64,000 nucleotides of DNA from an uncultured Chloroflexia bacterium (GCA_963751345.1 CAVVUS010000037.1:111824-175823); one strand, 5' to 3'. Shown: positions 1 through 11,546, counted from the stretch's first letter. Numbers and translations are program-made. The notes: generated by a model from the letters alone, not told the origin.

Positions 1-402
1 TATGACGATCTGCGGGCTGCCGGCTACGAAGTGATCGATTTCGGCGCCAACGATCTGCAGCCGGAGGATGACTATCCCGATTACGTGATCCCCTTGGCCC
101 AGGCGGTGGCTCGGGGTGATCTTAGCCGGGGCATTGCCATCTGTGGTAGCGGCGTCGGCGCCTCGGTCGCGGCAAACAAGGTGCGCGGCGTGCGCGCTTG
201 TCTGATCCACGAGATCTATTCCGCCCACCAGGGCGTGGAAGACGATGATATGAATGTAATGTGCCTCGGCGGCCGAGTTGTTGGCTACGAGGTGGCGTGG
301 GACCTGGTGCAAGCGTTCCTTGCGGCCCGATTCGAGCCACAGCCCCGCTTTCGCCGGCGCCTCGAAAAAGTGGCAGCACTTGAGGCCGGCACTACGCCCT
401 GA
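1..402 (+). CDS. rpiB: Ribose-5-phosphate isomerase B (RpiB/LacA/LacB family), 5'-truncated by window edge
   Basis: Motifs DDYPD, CGSGVGASVAANKVRGVRA, DDDMNVMCLGGRV, RFRRRLEK; frame open from base 1. Confidence 0.92.
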   Translation, partial: YDDLRAAGYEVIDFGANDLQPEDDYPDYVIPLAQAVARGDLSRGIAICGSGVGASVAANKVRGVRACLIHEIYSAHQGVEDDDMNVMCLGGRVVGYEVAWDLVQAFLAARFEPQPRFRRRLEKVAALEAGTTP

Positions 403-477
403 GGTGGGGGACTGGAACGGTTGCACCGCTGCCGCATGGGATGACTCACAGGTGAACGGAGTATCGGGAGGGTATAA

Positions 478-3309
478 ATGGGCGAGAATCCATTAGTTAA
501 GCTTCACGAATACGGCCAGAGCATCTGGCTGGACTTCCTGCGGCGGGATCTGTATACGTCGGATAAGCTACACAAATTGATCGAAAAGGACGGGCTACGG
601 GGCATGACCTCCAATCCCGCCATTTTCGACGAAGCCATCGCCGGCAGCCACGACTATGACGATGCGATCCGGGTGTTGGCGCTGGAGGGCAAGTCTCCGG
701 ATGAGACTTACGTCTCCCTGATGGTTGAAGATGTCCGAAGTGCCGCCGATAGTTTTCGGTCGGTCTACGATGCAGCCGGTGGGCACGACGGCTTGGTGAG
801 CATAGAGGTCTCGCCCCAGCTTGCGTATGATACCGCAGGCACCATCGCCGAGGCGCGCCGCTTCTGGGGTATGGTGAGCAGGCCCAATATCATGATCAAA
901 GTGCCGGCCACCTTGGAAGGCCTCCCCGCGATTCGTCAATTGCTCTCCGAGGGCATCAACGTCAACATCACACTGCTCTTCGGGCTGCCTCGCTACCGCA
1001 GAGTCGCAGAGGCCTTTGTCGCGGGACTGGAGGATCGCGTCGATGCAGGCCAGCCGATCGACCGGATCGCCTCTGTGGCCAGCTTCTTCCTCAGCCGGAT
1101 CGACGTCCTCGTCGACCCCTTGCTTGAAAAGATGATGGCTGGAGGCGGCGCTGAAGCGGGTCTGGCCAGGGATCTGCACGGGCAGGTGGCGATCAGCAGC
1201 GCGAAGATTGCCTACCAGATCTACAAGGAGGTTTTCGGAAGCGACCGCTTCAGGAAGCTGGCCGACAAGGGAGCACGTCCTCAGCGGCTGCTCTGGGCCA
1301 GCACCAGCACCAAGGACCCGGCCTACAGCGACGTGAAGTACGTCGAACCGCTGATAGGTCCGGATACGGTCAATACGCTGCCGACACAGACTCTGGATGC
1401 CTATCGAGATCACGGAAATCCGGCGTCAAGGATCGAGCAGGGGGTCGAGCAGGCTCGCACGCGACTCGACAACCTGGGGAAGCTGGGCATCAGCCTCGAT
1501 GCCGTGACCCACGAGTTGGAGAATGAGGGGGCGGCAAAGTTCATCATTCCCTACAACAAGCTGATGGAGACCCTCTCGACAGCGCAGCGAACCGCCTTGT
1601 CGATGCCCCTGGACACCCAGGCCTTTGAGCTGGGAGATCAGGAGCAGCTTCTGAATCGAGGGCTCAGTGTACTCGGGACTAAGGATTACGTGGCCCGCTT
1701 CTGGCGCAAGGACCCCAGATTGTGGAAGGACGACCTGACAGACCAGGCCGTGATCGTCGATGCCTTGGGCTGGCTGCAGGTAGCCAATCGGATGACAGAG
1801 CGAGTCCCGGAACTCACCGCGTTCGCCGCCGAAGTAGCGGAGGCCGGTTTCCAACACGTCGTGCACATGGGGATGGGCGGCAGCAGCTTGACGCCGCTGG
1901 TCTTCGAGCGCTCGCTGGCTCCCACGGGCAAGGGATTGCCCCTTACCGTCCTGGACAGCACCGATCCGGGCACAATCCTTCGCATTGCCCGCAGCGTACC
2001 GCTCGAAAAGACGCTCTTCATCGTCGCGAGCAAATCCGGCACCACCGCCGAACCCCTCGCATTCGGTGATTACTTCTATGCCCGACTGCAAGAACTCAAG
2101 GGGGAGAAAGCCGGAGAGAACTTCGTGAGCATCACCGACGAGGGCACACCCCTGGTGGAGCTCTCACAGGAGCGAGGCTACCGGAGGGTCTTCACCAATT
2201 TCAGCGACATCGGGGGGCGCTACTCGGCCCTCTCGTATTTTGGGATGCTTCCGGCAGCACTGATGGGCTTCGATGTTGGAGATATCCTGGCGCGCGCCCT
2301 GCGGATGGCCCACGCCTGCGCGCCCGCAGTACCGGCGACACAGAATCCGGGGGTTCGTCTTGGCGCCCTAATGGGAGAGTTGGCCCGCAGTGGGCGCAAC
2401 AAGGTTACCTTCCTCGCCCCGCCCGAGGCCGCGCCCCTGGGCATGTGGTTGGAGCAGTTGCTTGCCGAAAGCACCGGCAAAGAAAGCGCAGGGTTGCTGC
2501 CTGTTGCCGGCGAGGATGTCGGTGATCCCTTCGTCTATGGCAACGACCGGCTCTTTGTGCATATCCGGGTGAGGGGCAAGAGGGCCGCTTCGACTGCAGC
2601 GCTGAGCGCTCTGCGCCAGGCCGGACACCCGTTGGTCACCATCGATGTGGAGGAAATCCTCAACCTCGCCCAGGAGTTCTTCCGCTGGGAGATCGCGACG
2701 GCGGCTGCAGGCGCACTTCTCGGCATCAATGCCTTCAACCAGCCGAATGTTCAGGAGAGCAAGGACAACACGAACCGGCTTCTCGGCGTAGTCAAGGAGA
2801 AGGGATCGCTTCCCGAGGAGCACCCCGCCCTTTCCGAAGGGCCGCTCAGCCTGTACACAGAGCATCCAGGCACCAGCGTAGCCGAGACACTCGCCAAGTT
2901 CCTGGGGCAGGCGCAGCCAGGCGACTACGTGGCGCTGATGGCCTACGTCACCGAGGGCGCCGATGTCGATGAGGCGCTGCAGCGGCTGCGGCTCACCCTT
3001 CGGGACCGGCTCAAGGTGGCCACGACGGTGGGGTATGGCCCGCGCTTCCTGCACTCAACAGGCCAGTTCCACAAGGGCGGACCAAATACGGGTCTCTTCT
3101 TACAGTTGACGGCGGACGATGCCGAGGATCTGGACGTGCCCGGCCGGCCGTACAGCTTTGGCGTTCTCAAACAGGCACAAGCCCAAGGCGATCTGGATGC
3201 GCTGCGCAGCCACGGCCGCCGGGTGATTCGCATCCATCTTGGTGAGGATATCGTCGCAGGCCTTGAGGCTCTGCGGACAGCGATTAGTCAAGGACTAGAT
3301 GAAGGATGA
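478..3309 (+). CDS. tal-pgi: Bifunctional transaldolase / glucose-6-phosphate isomerase fusion
   Basis: N-half GQSIWLD, GMTSNPAIF, MIKVPAT, NVNITLLF, ASFFLSRID, LWASTSTK; C-half GMGGSSL, SKSGTTAE, IGGRYSALS, EQLLAESTGK, NAFNQPNVQESK; SD GGAGG. Confidence 0.95.
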   Translation: MGENPLVKLHEYGQSIWLDFLRRDLYTSDKLHKLIEKDGLRGMTSNPAIFDEAIAGSHDYDDAIRVLALEGKSPDETYVSLMVEDVRSAADSFRSVYDAAGGHDGLVSIEVSPQLAYDTAGTIAEARRFWGMVSRPNIMIKVPATLEGLPAIRQLLSEGINVNITLLFGLPRYRRVAEAFVAGLEDRVDAGQPIDRIASVASFFLSRIDVLVDPLLEKMMAGGGAEAGLARDLHGQVAISSAKIAYQIYKEVFGSDRFRKLADKGARPQRLLWASTSTKDPAYSDVKYVEPLIGPDTVNTLPTQTLDAYRDHGNPASRIEQGVEQARTRLDNLGKLGISLDAVTHELENEGAAKFIIPYNKLMETLSTAQRTALSMPLDTQAFELGDQEQLLNRGLSVLGTKDYVARFWRKDPRLWKDDLTDQAVIVDALGWLQVANRMTERVPELTAFAAEVAEAGFQHVVHMGMGGSSLTPLVFERSLAPTGKGLPLTVLDSTDPGTILRIARSVPLEKTLFIVASKSGTTAEPLAFGDYFYARLQELKGEKAGENFVSITDEGTPLVELSQERGYRRVFTNFSDIGGRYSALSYFGMLPAALMGFDVGDILARALRMAHACAPAVPATQNPGVRLGALMGELARSGRNKVTFLAPPEAAPLGMWLEQLLAESTGKESAGLLPVAGEDVGDPFVYGNDRLFVHIRVRGKRAASTAALSALRQAGHPLVTIDVEEILNLAQEFFRWEIATAAAGALLGINAFNQPNVQESKDNTNRLLGVVKEKGSLPEEHPALSEGPLSLYTEHPGTSVAETLAKFLGQAQPGDYVALMAYVTEGADVDEALQRLRLTLRDRLKVATTVGYGPRFLHSTGQFHKGGPNTGLFLQLTADDAEDLDVPGRPYSFGVLKQAQAQGDLDALRSHGRRVIRIHLGEDIVAGLEALRTAISQGLDEG

Positions 3310-4784
3310 CACAGAAGGAAATGCTCAAACATACACGACGACCTATCTTGATCGGGCTGCTCATCGTGGCAGGACTACTGATCGCGGGGTGCACGGCGAC
3401 GCCGTCGCCCACACCTACGACCACACCGGCGCCTGCGGCGACCGAGACACCCGTACCTGAACCTACGTCCACCCCCTCGCCGGTCGCCACCGCCGAGCCG
3501 TCTGCTACGCCGGAGCCGGAAGATAGCTTCGCCATAGAGGCGGTCAAAGCGGACCTGGCCCAGAAATATGGGATCTCGACATCGACGATCTCCGTCGTGC
3601 AGACGGAACCAATCCAATGGCCCAACAGTTGTCTCGGCGTTGAACTGCCCGGAACAGCCTGCGCAATGCACGTTGTCGATGGATACCGGGTCGTGGTCAA
3701 GACCGGGGGAATCCAATACGAGTACCACACGAACGCCGACGGCAGTGAGGTCCTGGCAGCGCTGGCACTCACCTGGCACCGCGAAGGCGGCATCGCCGGC
3801 TTCTGCAACGACCTCGTGGTTGACGTGACGGGTGAGGCCATAGCCTTCTCTTGCCAGGCGGGTCCATCTGCCGAAGTGACCCGTGAGTTGCTCTCGCTGG
3901 AGAACCGTCACCAACTGGATGCCTGGCGCATCAGTCTGCAGCCGTTTGAGTACAGCCAGACCGACTCAGCGACGGCGGATGCTATGTCTGTGCAGCTCAC
4001 CTTCACCGGGTATGGGACAAAGGCAGCAACGGATACCCAGCAGGCCGACATCGCCGCCTTTGCCGGCGCAACCTACGTCAACATCGGTGGGCTACAGGGA
4101 ACGGGGTCGGCAGCGGATGCCGCCGGCGCAGTCGTGGACGCATTCCTGACCGAGCTGATGGCGGATCCTGCAGGCGCGACCACGGCCCCCTACTTCAGCA
4201 CGCCGCTGCAGGCCGAAATCGACGCGGGGACTCCGGTGTCCGAGCTCCTTGGCATCCCGGGGGACTTCCTCTCCTATGGTATCGACACTAGTGAGGTGGA
4301 GAGCATTGCCAGCCGGGCCTTTGTGCAAGTAACGCTCAACTTCGTCAGCCCGATCCGGCGCGCATTCGAACTGGTTCAGGAGAACGACATCTGGAAGATC
4401 AACACCATCATCGTCTACGGTGTCCCGGATCAGGCACTGCCTACCGACATCGAGGCCGCCGATCTGGAGGTGCTGGACCTCGTATGGGCATTGAAGACCG
4501 GCGATCTACCCTCGGTAGAGGCATTGTTGACGCCCAATGCGACAACCGAGCTGGGCGACCTGACCCAACTCATGCAAGGGGTGGACAACATCACGGCACT
4601 GACACTTCGGCTCACAGGCGTCTCAGGAGGTCAAGCGGTCTACTTGGCTACCCTGCAGGTCGATACGGCCTCAGGCGCTCCATCCTGGCAGCAGGGCACC
4701 AATCAGCGATGGATCGGCCTGACCCAGCCAAATGGGGTATGGGAAATCAACCAGATGACGTCATCGGAGCTCACGCTGCCCTAA
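3306..4784 (+). CDS. Putative lipoprotein with Pro/Thr-rich linker, unknown function
   Basis: Hydrophobic signal ending LIAG-C lipobox, PT-rich linker, WPNSCLG...C...GY motif; start overlaps tal-pgi stop (ATGA). Confidence 0.75.
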   Translation: MTQKEMLKHTRRPILIGLLIVAGLLIAGCTATPSPTPTTTPAPAATETPVPEPTSTPSPVATAEPSATPEPEDSFAIEAVKADLAQKYGISTSTISVVQTEPIQWPNSCLGVELPGTACAMHVVDGYRVVVKTGGIQYEYHTNADGSEVLAALALTWHREGGIAGFCNDLVVDVTGEAIAFSCQAGPSAEVTRELLSLENRHQLDAWRISLQPFEYSQTDSATADAMSVQLTFTGYGTKAATDTQQADIAAFAGATYVNIGGLQGTGSAADAAGAVVDAFLTELMADPAGATTAPYFSTPLQAEIDAGTPVSELLGIPGDFLSYGIDTSEVESIASRAFVQVTLNFVSPIRRAFELVQENDIWKINTIIVYGVPDQALPTDIEAADLEVLDLVWALKTGDLPSVEALLTPNATTELGDLTQLMQGVDNITALTLRLTGVSGGQAVYLATLQVDTASGAPSWQQGTNQRWIGLTQPNGVWEINQMTSSELTLP

Positions 4785-4807
4785 GCGATCTGGGCGAGCT
4801 ACGCGAT

Positions 4808-5600
4808 ATGGCGGGAAAGGACAGGGCGGAGCACTTCGTATGGCCTCCGTATGTCGCCGAGTTCATCGGAACCGCGCTGCTGGTTCTCGTCGGCCTGTCA
4901 GTCGTGATCCTGAACTTCGGAAACGGCAGTCCGGTCGCCCGGCTGATCCCTAGTGCGGGGGCACGCCGGGCGATCACAGGCTTTCTCTTTGGCTCGACGG
5001 GCGGCCTCATCGCGATCTCGCCGATCGGCAAGGAGAGTGGTGCGCATATCAACCCGGTCGTCACACTCGCGTTCTGGCTGATGGGCAAGTTCCGGGGCCG
5101 GCACGCTGCCAGCTACGTCGTGGCGCAGTTGGCGGGTGGTATCGTAGGGGCACTTCCGCTGCTGGCCTGGGGAGCGATGGGGCGCAGTATCGAGTTTGGC
5201 GCGACGCTGCCGGGGCCGAGCGTGGGCCCCGGCATTGCGGTGCTTGGGGAGATCGCCACGACCCTGGCGTTGATCGTCGGGCTCTTTCTCTTTGTCCGAC
5301 ATCGCCGCCTCCGGGCTTTCACACCGGCGCTCTTCCCGTTTCTGTACGCCGCTATGGTCTTCCTGGAGGCGCCGCTTTCCGGGAACGAGCACCAATCCGG
5401 CGCGCAGCCTTGGCCCCGAAGTGGTATCGGGTGTGTGGCACGACTGGTGGATCTACTGGCTCGGCCCCCTGACCGGTATGCTGATCGGGGTCGCGCTCTT
5501 TCGATTCACCTGGTTGCGACGGGTCGAGATCGACGTGGTCAAGCTCTTCCATTTCGATTACGACCCACACCGCATATTCCGCCAGGATGGAGGGAACTGA
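4808..5600 (+). CDS. MIP/aquaporin family channel (frameshift near 5385)
   Basis: AEFIGTALL, SGAHINPVVT, GEIATT; SGTSTNPARSLGP continues in the frame of ORF 5292..5600. Confidence 0.88.
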
Positions 5601-5650
5601 CGCGCCCCACATAGCACTTACCTATTCGATGATGAGTGAGGAGACACAGG

Positions 5651-6467
5651 ATGGAAGGACTCAAGGACAAGAGAGTGTTGGTTACCGGAGCCACCTCGGG
5701 CATCGGGCAGGCGATTGCGGTTCGCTTTGCCGCCGAGGGCGCCCACGTGGGGATCAACTACTACTCGGACGAGGGATTAGTGGAGACGGACTACCGCGTG
5801 GAGGAGGCGGTTGAGGAGTGCCGCAAGCGCGTGGCCGAGATGGGCGTGGACTACGTCCTGGTGCAGGCCGATATCTCCAAGGAGGATGACGTGAAGCATC
5901 TGTTTGCAGAGGTCATCCGAGAACTCGGCGGCGTAGATATCCTCATCAACAACGCCGGGATACAGATCCCGGGGGATTCGGACAAGGTCGATCTGAGCGA
6001 CTTCGACCGGGTGGTCGGCGTCAACCTTAGAGGTGCGTACCTTTGCGCGCGCGAGGCGCTGCAGCACTTCCTGGCAGAGGACAAGCCGGGGATCATCATC
6101 AATGTCTCCAGCGTCCACCAGATCATCCCCAGGCCGCACTATATCAGTTACTCGATCAGCAAGGGCGGCATGCAAAACATGACGCGCACGCTGGCGCTGG
6201 AATATGCGGATCGCGGCATCCGGGTCAACGGGATCGGCCCGGGGGCCACCGCAACGCCCATTAACCGGGACTGGGTGAATGATCCCGAGAAACGGGCCGA
6301 GGTCGTGCAGCATATCCCTGTTGGGCGTGTGGGGACGCCTGAGGAGATGGCTGCCATCACGGCGTTCCTCGCGTCCGACGACGCGTCCTACATCACAGGG
6401 CAGACGCTCTTCGTCGACGGCGGGACTGACGTTATTTGCTGACTTCCGCACGCCGTGGTCAGGCTAA
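5651..6467 (+). CDS. gdh: Glucose 1-dehydrogenase-like SDR (frameshift near 6430)
   Basis: TGATSGIG, NNAG, SSVHQIIP, YSISK catalytic motif, ITGQTLFVDGG, then LTLFADFRTPWSG in a shifted frame. Confidence 0.85.
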
Positions 6468-6491
6468 GCCGTTCGAAGATTAGGAGTTCAT

Positions 6492-8937
6492 ATGGGCACA
6501 GATGACAACTACGCGCCTGGTTGGCCGGGTATCGAGCCGCGCTGGACGTCCAGCGCGAAGAGCGGCGTCGGCACTTCGCTCAGTCTGGAGAGCCGGGTGT
6601 GGTTCACCACGAGTCACGGCATCCTGGATGAGATCTACTATCCTCGGGTGGACCAGGCCTGCACGCGAGATTTGGGCTTGATCGTGACTAACGGATCCGA
6701 TTTCTTCTCGGAGGAGAAACGGGATACCCGTCACGAAGTCTCGTACATTGCCCCGGGTTGCCCCGCCTATAAGCTCGTCAACACGTGCGAACAGGGGCGG
6801 TACGCCATCGAAAAAGAGATCCTGGCTGATCCAACTTACGATGTGGTCCTACAACGGATCAAGTTCACGCCGTTGAAGGGATCACAGGAAGACTACCACC
6901 TATACGTCCTGCTGGCCCCTCACCTTGGTAATCGAGGGGCAGGCAACACTGCGTGGCTCGGGGACTACAAAGGTGTGCCCATGCTGTTCGCCGAACGTGA
7001 CGGCAACGCCCTGGCCCTCGCGTGCTCTGCCCCGTGGGTCAAGCGATCGGCCGGTTTCGTCGGCACCTCAGATGGGTGGCAAGATCTGCATCGCCATAAG
7101 CAAGATGACGTGGACCTATGACAGGGCGGAGAACGGCAATGTCGCCCTGATCGGCGAGATCGATCTGCACGGGGCCGGGGATACGTTCATCCTAGCGCTG
7201 GGTTTTGGCCTCAATGACGCAGAAGCAGGCTATCGAGCCCTGGCCAGCCTGTACAAGGGCTTTGATTCGGCACGCGCGGCCTACATCGACGAGTGGCAGC
7301 AGTGGCAGCAGGGCCTGATGGACCTGGACAAGTCCGATGCAGGGAAGATGAGCCTCTATCGAGTCAGCACCGCAGTGATGCGCACCCACGGGGCAAAGCG
7401 TTTCCGCGGCGGACTGATGGCCAGCCTGTCCATCCCGTGGGGTTTTTCCAAGGGGGACGACGACCTGGGCGGCTATCATCTGGTGTGGCCGCGCGACCTG
7501 GTGGAGATCGGTGGGGGGCTGCTGGCTGCCGGCGCCCTCGACGAAGCCGGAAGCATCCTCGAGTATCTGCGGGTGACGCAGGAACTCGACGGGCACTGGC
7601 CGCAGAACATGTGGATTAACGGCACGCCATATTGGACCGGCGTGCAGATGGATGAGACGGCCTTCCCCATCCTGTTAGTGGACCAGGCCCGCCGTGAAAA
7701 GGCTCTCCATAGGGATCTGGACCACTACTGGCCGATGGTCCGCCGGGCTGCAGGCTATCTGGTCTGCAACGGTCCCGTCACCCAGCAAGACCGCTGGGAA
7801 GAGGACCCCGGCTACTCCCCCTTCACGCTGGCGGTTGAGATCGCCGCGCTATTGGCGGCCGCCGATTTGGCGGAGCTCCAAGGCGATGAGACAGCAGCAG
7901 CCTATCTGCGTGAGACGGCAGATAGCTGGAATGACAGTGTTGAGAAATGGACCTACGCCACGGGAACCGACCTGGCACAGGAGGCGGACGTGGAGGGATA
8001 TTACGTCCGAATCGCGCCGCCGGAGGAAGCAGCGGCAGGCTCACCTGCCGAAGGATTCGTGCCGATCAAGAACCGGCCGCCCGGCCAGAGCGCCGAGGCC
8101 GCTACCCAGATCGTCAGCCCCGATGCGCTGGCCCTGGTCCGATTCGGGCTGAGAGGTCCAGATACGGCCGAGATCGCCAACACCGTCAAGGTAATCGATC
8201 AATTACTTAAGGTGGAGACCCCGACAGGTCCGGCATGGCACCGCTACAACGATGATGGTTACGGCGAGCACGAGGATGGCGCGCCCTTTGACGGCACAGG
8301 GACAGGTCGCGCCTGGCCGCTGCTGACCGGTGAGCGGGCCCACTACGAACTGGCTGCCGGACGGAAGGATGAAGCCGAGCGCCTCCTGAATGTGTTGGCG
8401 TCGTTCGCAAGCAATGGTGGGATGCTGCCCGAACAGGTGTGGGACGCGCCCGACATTCCCGAGCGGGGTCTCTTCTTCGGGAGACCTTCCGGGTCGGCTA
8501 TGCCGCTGGCGTGGGCGCACGCCGAGTACGTCAAGCTCTGTCACTCACTCAAGGATGGCCAGGTCTTCGATATGCCGCCACAGACCGTCCAGCGCTACCA
8601 GATCGACGAGACGCACTCCCCGCGCTCAATCTGGCGCTTCAACAACAAGAGCCGCGTCATTACTGCAGGGCTGATGCTCCGAGTGGAGGTTCTGAGCCCC
8701 GCGGAGGTGCAGTGGAGCTCGGATGGCTGGAAAACGGTCCAGAAGGTCGCGACGCAGGATACCGGGCTGGGCATCTACTTCGCCGATCTGCCTGCGGACA
8801 AGCTAGCTGCCGGCGATACGATCGCCTTTCGCTTCCTATGGCATGACGAACAGAACGAGCAGAGCTCGACGTTCACCGTGCAGGTCGTGGACTCGACCAA
8901 GGGATCCGAATCCAAGTTGCTTGCTGCCGATCAGTAG
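6492..8937 (+). CDS. Glucoamylase/glucodextranase, GH15 (frameshift near 7100)
   Basis: APGWPGIEPRW...K.GVGT, ASLSIPWG, YHLVWPRDL, QDRWEE, RYNDDGYGE, GRAWPLLTGER, LPEQVW, SAMPLAWAHAEY. Confidence 0.92.
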
Positions 8938-10055
8938 CGGATTGAGACGGGAGTTCCGATATCGACCCAATCGTAGAGCAGCCTGGCCTCCTCGGTCCCC
9001 AACACGACGCAGCCATAGGAGACCGGTGTGCCCAGATAGCCCGCCCAGAGGGTCTGGCCGTTGGACAGGATCGGGAGAGCATGAATCCCGTTCTCCGTCG
9101 ACCCGGCCCAATAGATGCCCAGCCACCACGGCATCCAGAGATCCCAGGCCGAACCATAGGCATTGGGAATCTTGCTCTGGATCCGGAACTCGCCCGCGGC
9201 GGTGTAAGACGGCGCCGCGCCCGTCGAGGCCACAAACGAATAGACCAGCTGGTCGCCCTGATAGGCGTAGAGATGCTGCTCCGATAGGCTGACGATGATG
9301 AGCTTGCCCTCGCCGGAGACGACAGGCGCCGTCCCGGCGAGACGTAGCACCTGACCAACGTAGATCTGTGAGGGATTGGCGATCCCATTCAGTTGCGCGA
9401 TCACGGCCACCGTGGTTCCGGTCCGCGCCGCGATTTGCGTCAGCGTGTCGCCATGTTGCACGGTGTAGGTCTCAGCGTCGACAGCGATCTCCGGCGTCGC
9501 CGTGACCTCAGGGGTCGCCGTCGCCTCACCGGAAGTCTCGGCGGGCGAGGGTGGCGAGATCGGCTCGGGCAGCACCAGCTCCTGACCGGCATAGATCGGG
9601 CTCCAGCTTGTGAGTCCATTCTCACGCATAAGAGCCCAGATCGAGACCCGGACCCTGGCGGCAATGCCGCTCAACGTATCTCCTGGCTGTACCAGATATG
9701 AGCGAGCATCCAGGCCGGGCATAGCCGGCGTCGGGACCGGCGTTGGCTCGGACGGCGTTGGCTCGCCTGGCGCCGATCCGTCCGATGGAGGCGTCAGCGG
9801 CGCCTGCGGCGCCGTCGTAGTCGTCGCGCCGGGAATCACCAGCCGCTGCCCAACGTAGATATAGACCGTAGTCAGACCGTTGGCCGCCATAATCTCGTTC
9901 ACGGTGGTCCCGTAGTAGAGAGCGATGCGGAAGAGGTTTTCACCTGCCTGGACGGTATGGGTGACGGTCTCCTGCGCGCGGACCGGACGGCCGAGCGCCA
10001 TACAGGCGAGCAGAATCAGTGACAACAGGGCAGCGCTGAGATGTCTACGTCGCAT
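8931..10055 (-). CDS. Secreted LysM-repeat L,D-transpeptidase (YkuD domain)
   Basis: Signal peptide, three LysM repeats (HTVQAGENLFRIA, YLVQPGDTLSGIA, YTVQHGDTLTQIA), GIH...SYGCV catalytic motif; SD GAGGAG before ATG 10055. Confidence 0.92.
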   Translation of the reverse strand: MRRRHLSAALLSLILLACMALGRPVRAQETVTHTVQAGENLFRIALYYGTTVNEIMAANGLTTVYIYVGQRLVIPGATTTTAPQAPLTPPSDGSAPGEPTPSEPTPVPTPAMPGLDARSYLVQPGDTLSGIAARVRVSIWALMRENGLTSWSPIYAGQELVLPEPISPPSPAETSGEATATPEVTATPEIAVDAETYTVQHGDTLTQIAARTGTTVAVIAQLNGIANPSQIYVGQVLRLAGTAPVVSGEGKLIIVSLSEQHLYAYQGDQLVYSFVASTGAAPSYTAAGEFRIQSKIPNAYGSAWDLWMPWWLGIYWAGSTENGIHALPILSNGQTLWAGYLGTPVSYGCVVLGTEEARLLYDWVDIGTPVSIRY

Positions 10056-10130
10056 AGAGGACTCCTCAAAGCAGCACGATGATTGACGTCCAAACGTCTC
10101 TAGTGGATAGTTAAGCCGATTCCTAAGATC

Positions 10131-10201
10131 TGTCATCCTGAACGGAGTGAAGGATCTACACCTGCAAAGCTGAGATCCTTCGCCTGCGGCTCGGGATGAC
10201 A
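10131..10201. repeat. REP-like palindromic element, TGTCATCCTGA...ATGACA family, copy 1
   Basis: Outer arms TGTCATCCTGA / TCGGGATGACA, inner arms GAAGGATCT / AGATCCTTC; related copy at 33078. Confidence 0.8.
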
Positions 10202-10226
10202 CTCACAGCACCTGCCTGACCCGCCA

Positions 10227-11546
10227 TCAGTGTGTTGCGCAGGCGATGCAAGGATCAAAGGCACGTACCACACGCCCTACGGCGCGCTCAAGCTCAAGAT
10301 CGACGTGGTCTGCGGTGATGTAACGCTCGGCGACAACGCGCAGTGCCCGCTCAATCGCCATCAGATTGTGGACGGTCGGGATGATGAACTCCGCCCTGGC
10401 GATCTTGCCTCGCTCGACCCGGTAGTGGTGGATCAGAGGACCGCGCGGCGCCTCGACCAGCCCGTACCCCTCACCGTCGCGGGGCGTATGCGGGACGTTG
10501 GTCTCCTCGCCCTCCAGGGGCTCGGCCAGGATCTCCATCGAACGCTCGATGGCGTAGACGAGCTCGATCCCCCGGGCCAGATCAAAGAGCATGATCGCGT
10601 GGGCCGGGTGTCCAAAAGCTTCCCGAAACAGGCGCAGATAGCGATCGGCCATTGGGGTCCCCATCTTCTCAATCAGGTTGGCCCGGGCGAGGCTGTTGGC
10701 GCGCATGACCTGGCCCCTGTAGCTGGTCTGCTCGGCGTAGCTGTCTTCCGTCTCCTCGACGGTGAGGTAACTCTCGTACTCTCGTGCAGGAAAGGCTGTA
10801 CAGACGCCCTCGTCCCCATCGCATCCCAGGACGCGAACCACGTCGCCATAGTAGTTGGGATGCGTCACACCTATCGAGGAGATATAGCAAGCCGGAGCGT
10901 CATCCCCCCAGGTGCCAAGGCGCTCAGCCATCGCCAGCGAGACTTCCCAGTACGTGTCAAACAACCCACACGCGATCGGCAGCGCGCGGGCAAGCTCTTG
11001 GCGCATGTGCGCCGCAGCCTCCGCCGTGATGCCGGACGTCACGCCACCCACGACTGCCTTCACCGGATGGATGAACTGCCCCCCTGCCAACGTGATCAGG
11101 TGGGTGCCCATCTGGCGGACCTGAAGCGCGCGTGTGGCCATCGTCGCGTCGGCGTCCGCGTGGAGCGTGCTGTCCTCGGCATCGTAGATGCTGGCCACAT
11201 TCAGCCGGTCCGGCATCGTGAAGACGAAAAGCGACGTGGCCTGGTTCTGCAACAACTGCCCAAGCAGCAGGAGCTCGCGAATCTTCAGCGCCAGTGGCGG
11301 GGGAGAGACGTCATAGATATCCTCCAGCGTCTTCACAGCAGCCACGTGGTGGGCAGTAGAGCAGACGCCACAGATGCGCGGCACGATGACCGGCATTTGC
11401 TCCGGCGGCCCGCCTTGCACCAGGAACTCGAACCCTCGATATTCGGTGGCCTGGAAACGCGCAGAGGTGACCTGACCGTGGTGCACTTCCACGACGACCT
11501 GCGCGTGACCTTCCATACGGCTCAGTGGAAACGTCAACGTCGCCAT
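10227..11546 (-). CDS. [NiFe]-hydrogenase large subunit, group 3 (MvhA/HydA-like)
   Basis: SRMEGH, RGFE, L1 PRICGVCSTAH, EAPRGPLIHHY, IIPT, L2 FDPCIACATH-stop. Confidence 0.9.
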   Translation of the reverse strand: MATLTFPLSRMEGHAQVVVEVHHGQVTSARFQATEYRGFEFLVQGGPPEQMPVIVPRICGVCSTAHHVAAVKTLEDIYDVSPPPLALKIRELLLLGQLLQNQATSLFVFTMPDRLNVASIYDAEDSTLHADADATMATRALQVRQMGTHLITLAGGQFIHPVKAVVGGVTSGITAEAAAHMRQELARALPIACGLFDTYWEVSLAMAERLGTWGDDAPACYISSIGVTHPNYYGDVVRVLGCDGDEGVCTAFPAREYESYLTVEETEDSYAEQTSYRGQVMRANSLARANLIEKMGTPMADRYLRLFREAFGHPAHAIMLFDLARGIELVYAIERSMEILAEPLEGEETNVPHTPRDGEGYGLVEAPRGPLIHHYRVERGKIARAEFIIPTVHNLMAIERALRVVAERYITADHVDLELERAVGRVVRAFDPCIACATH

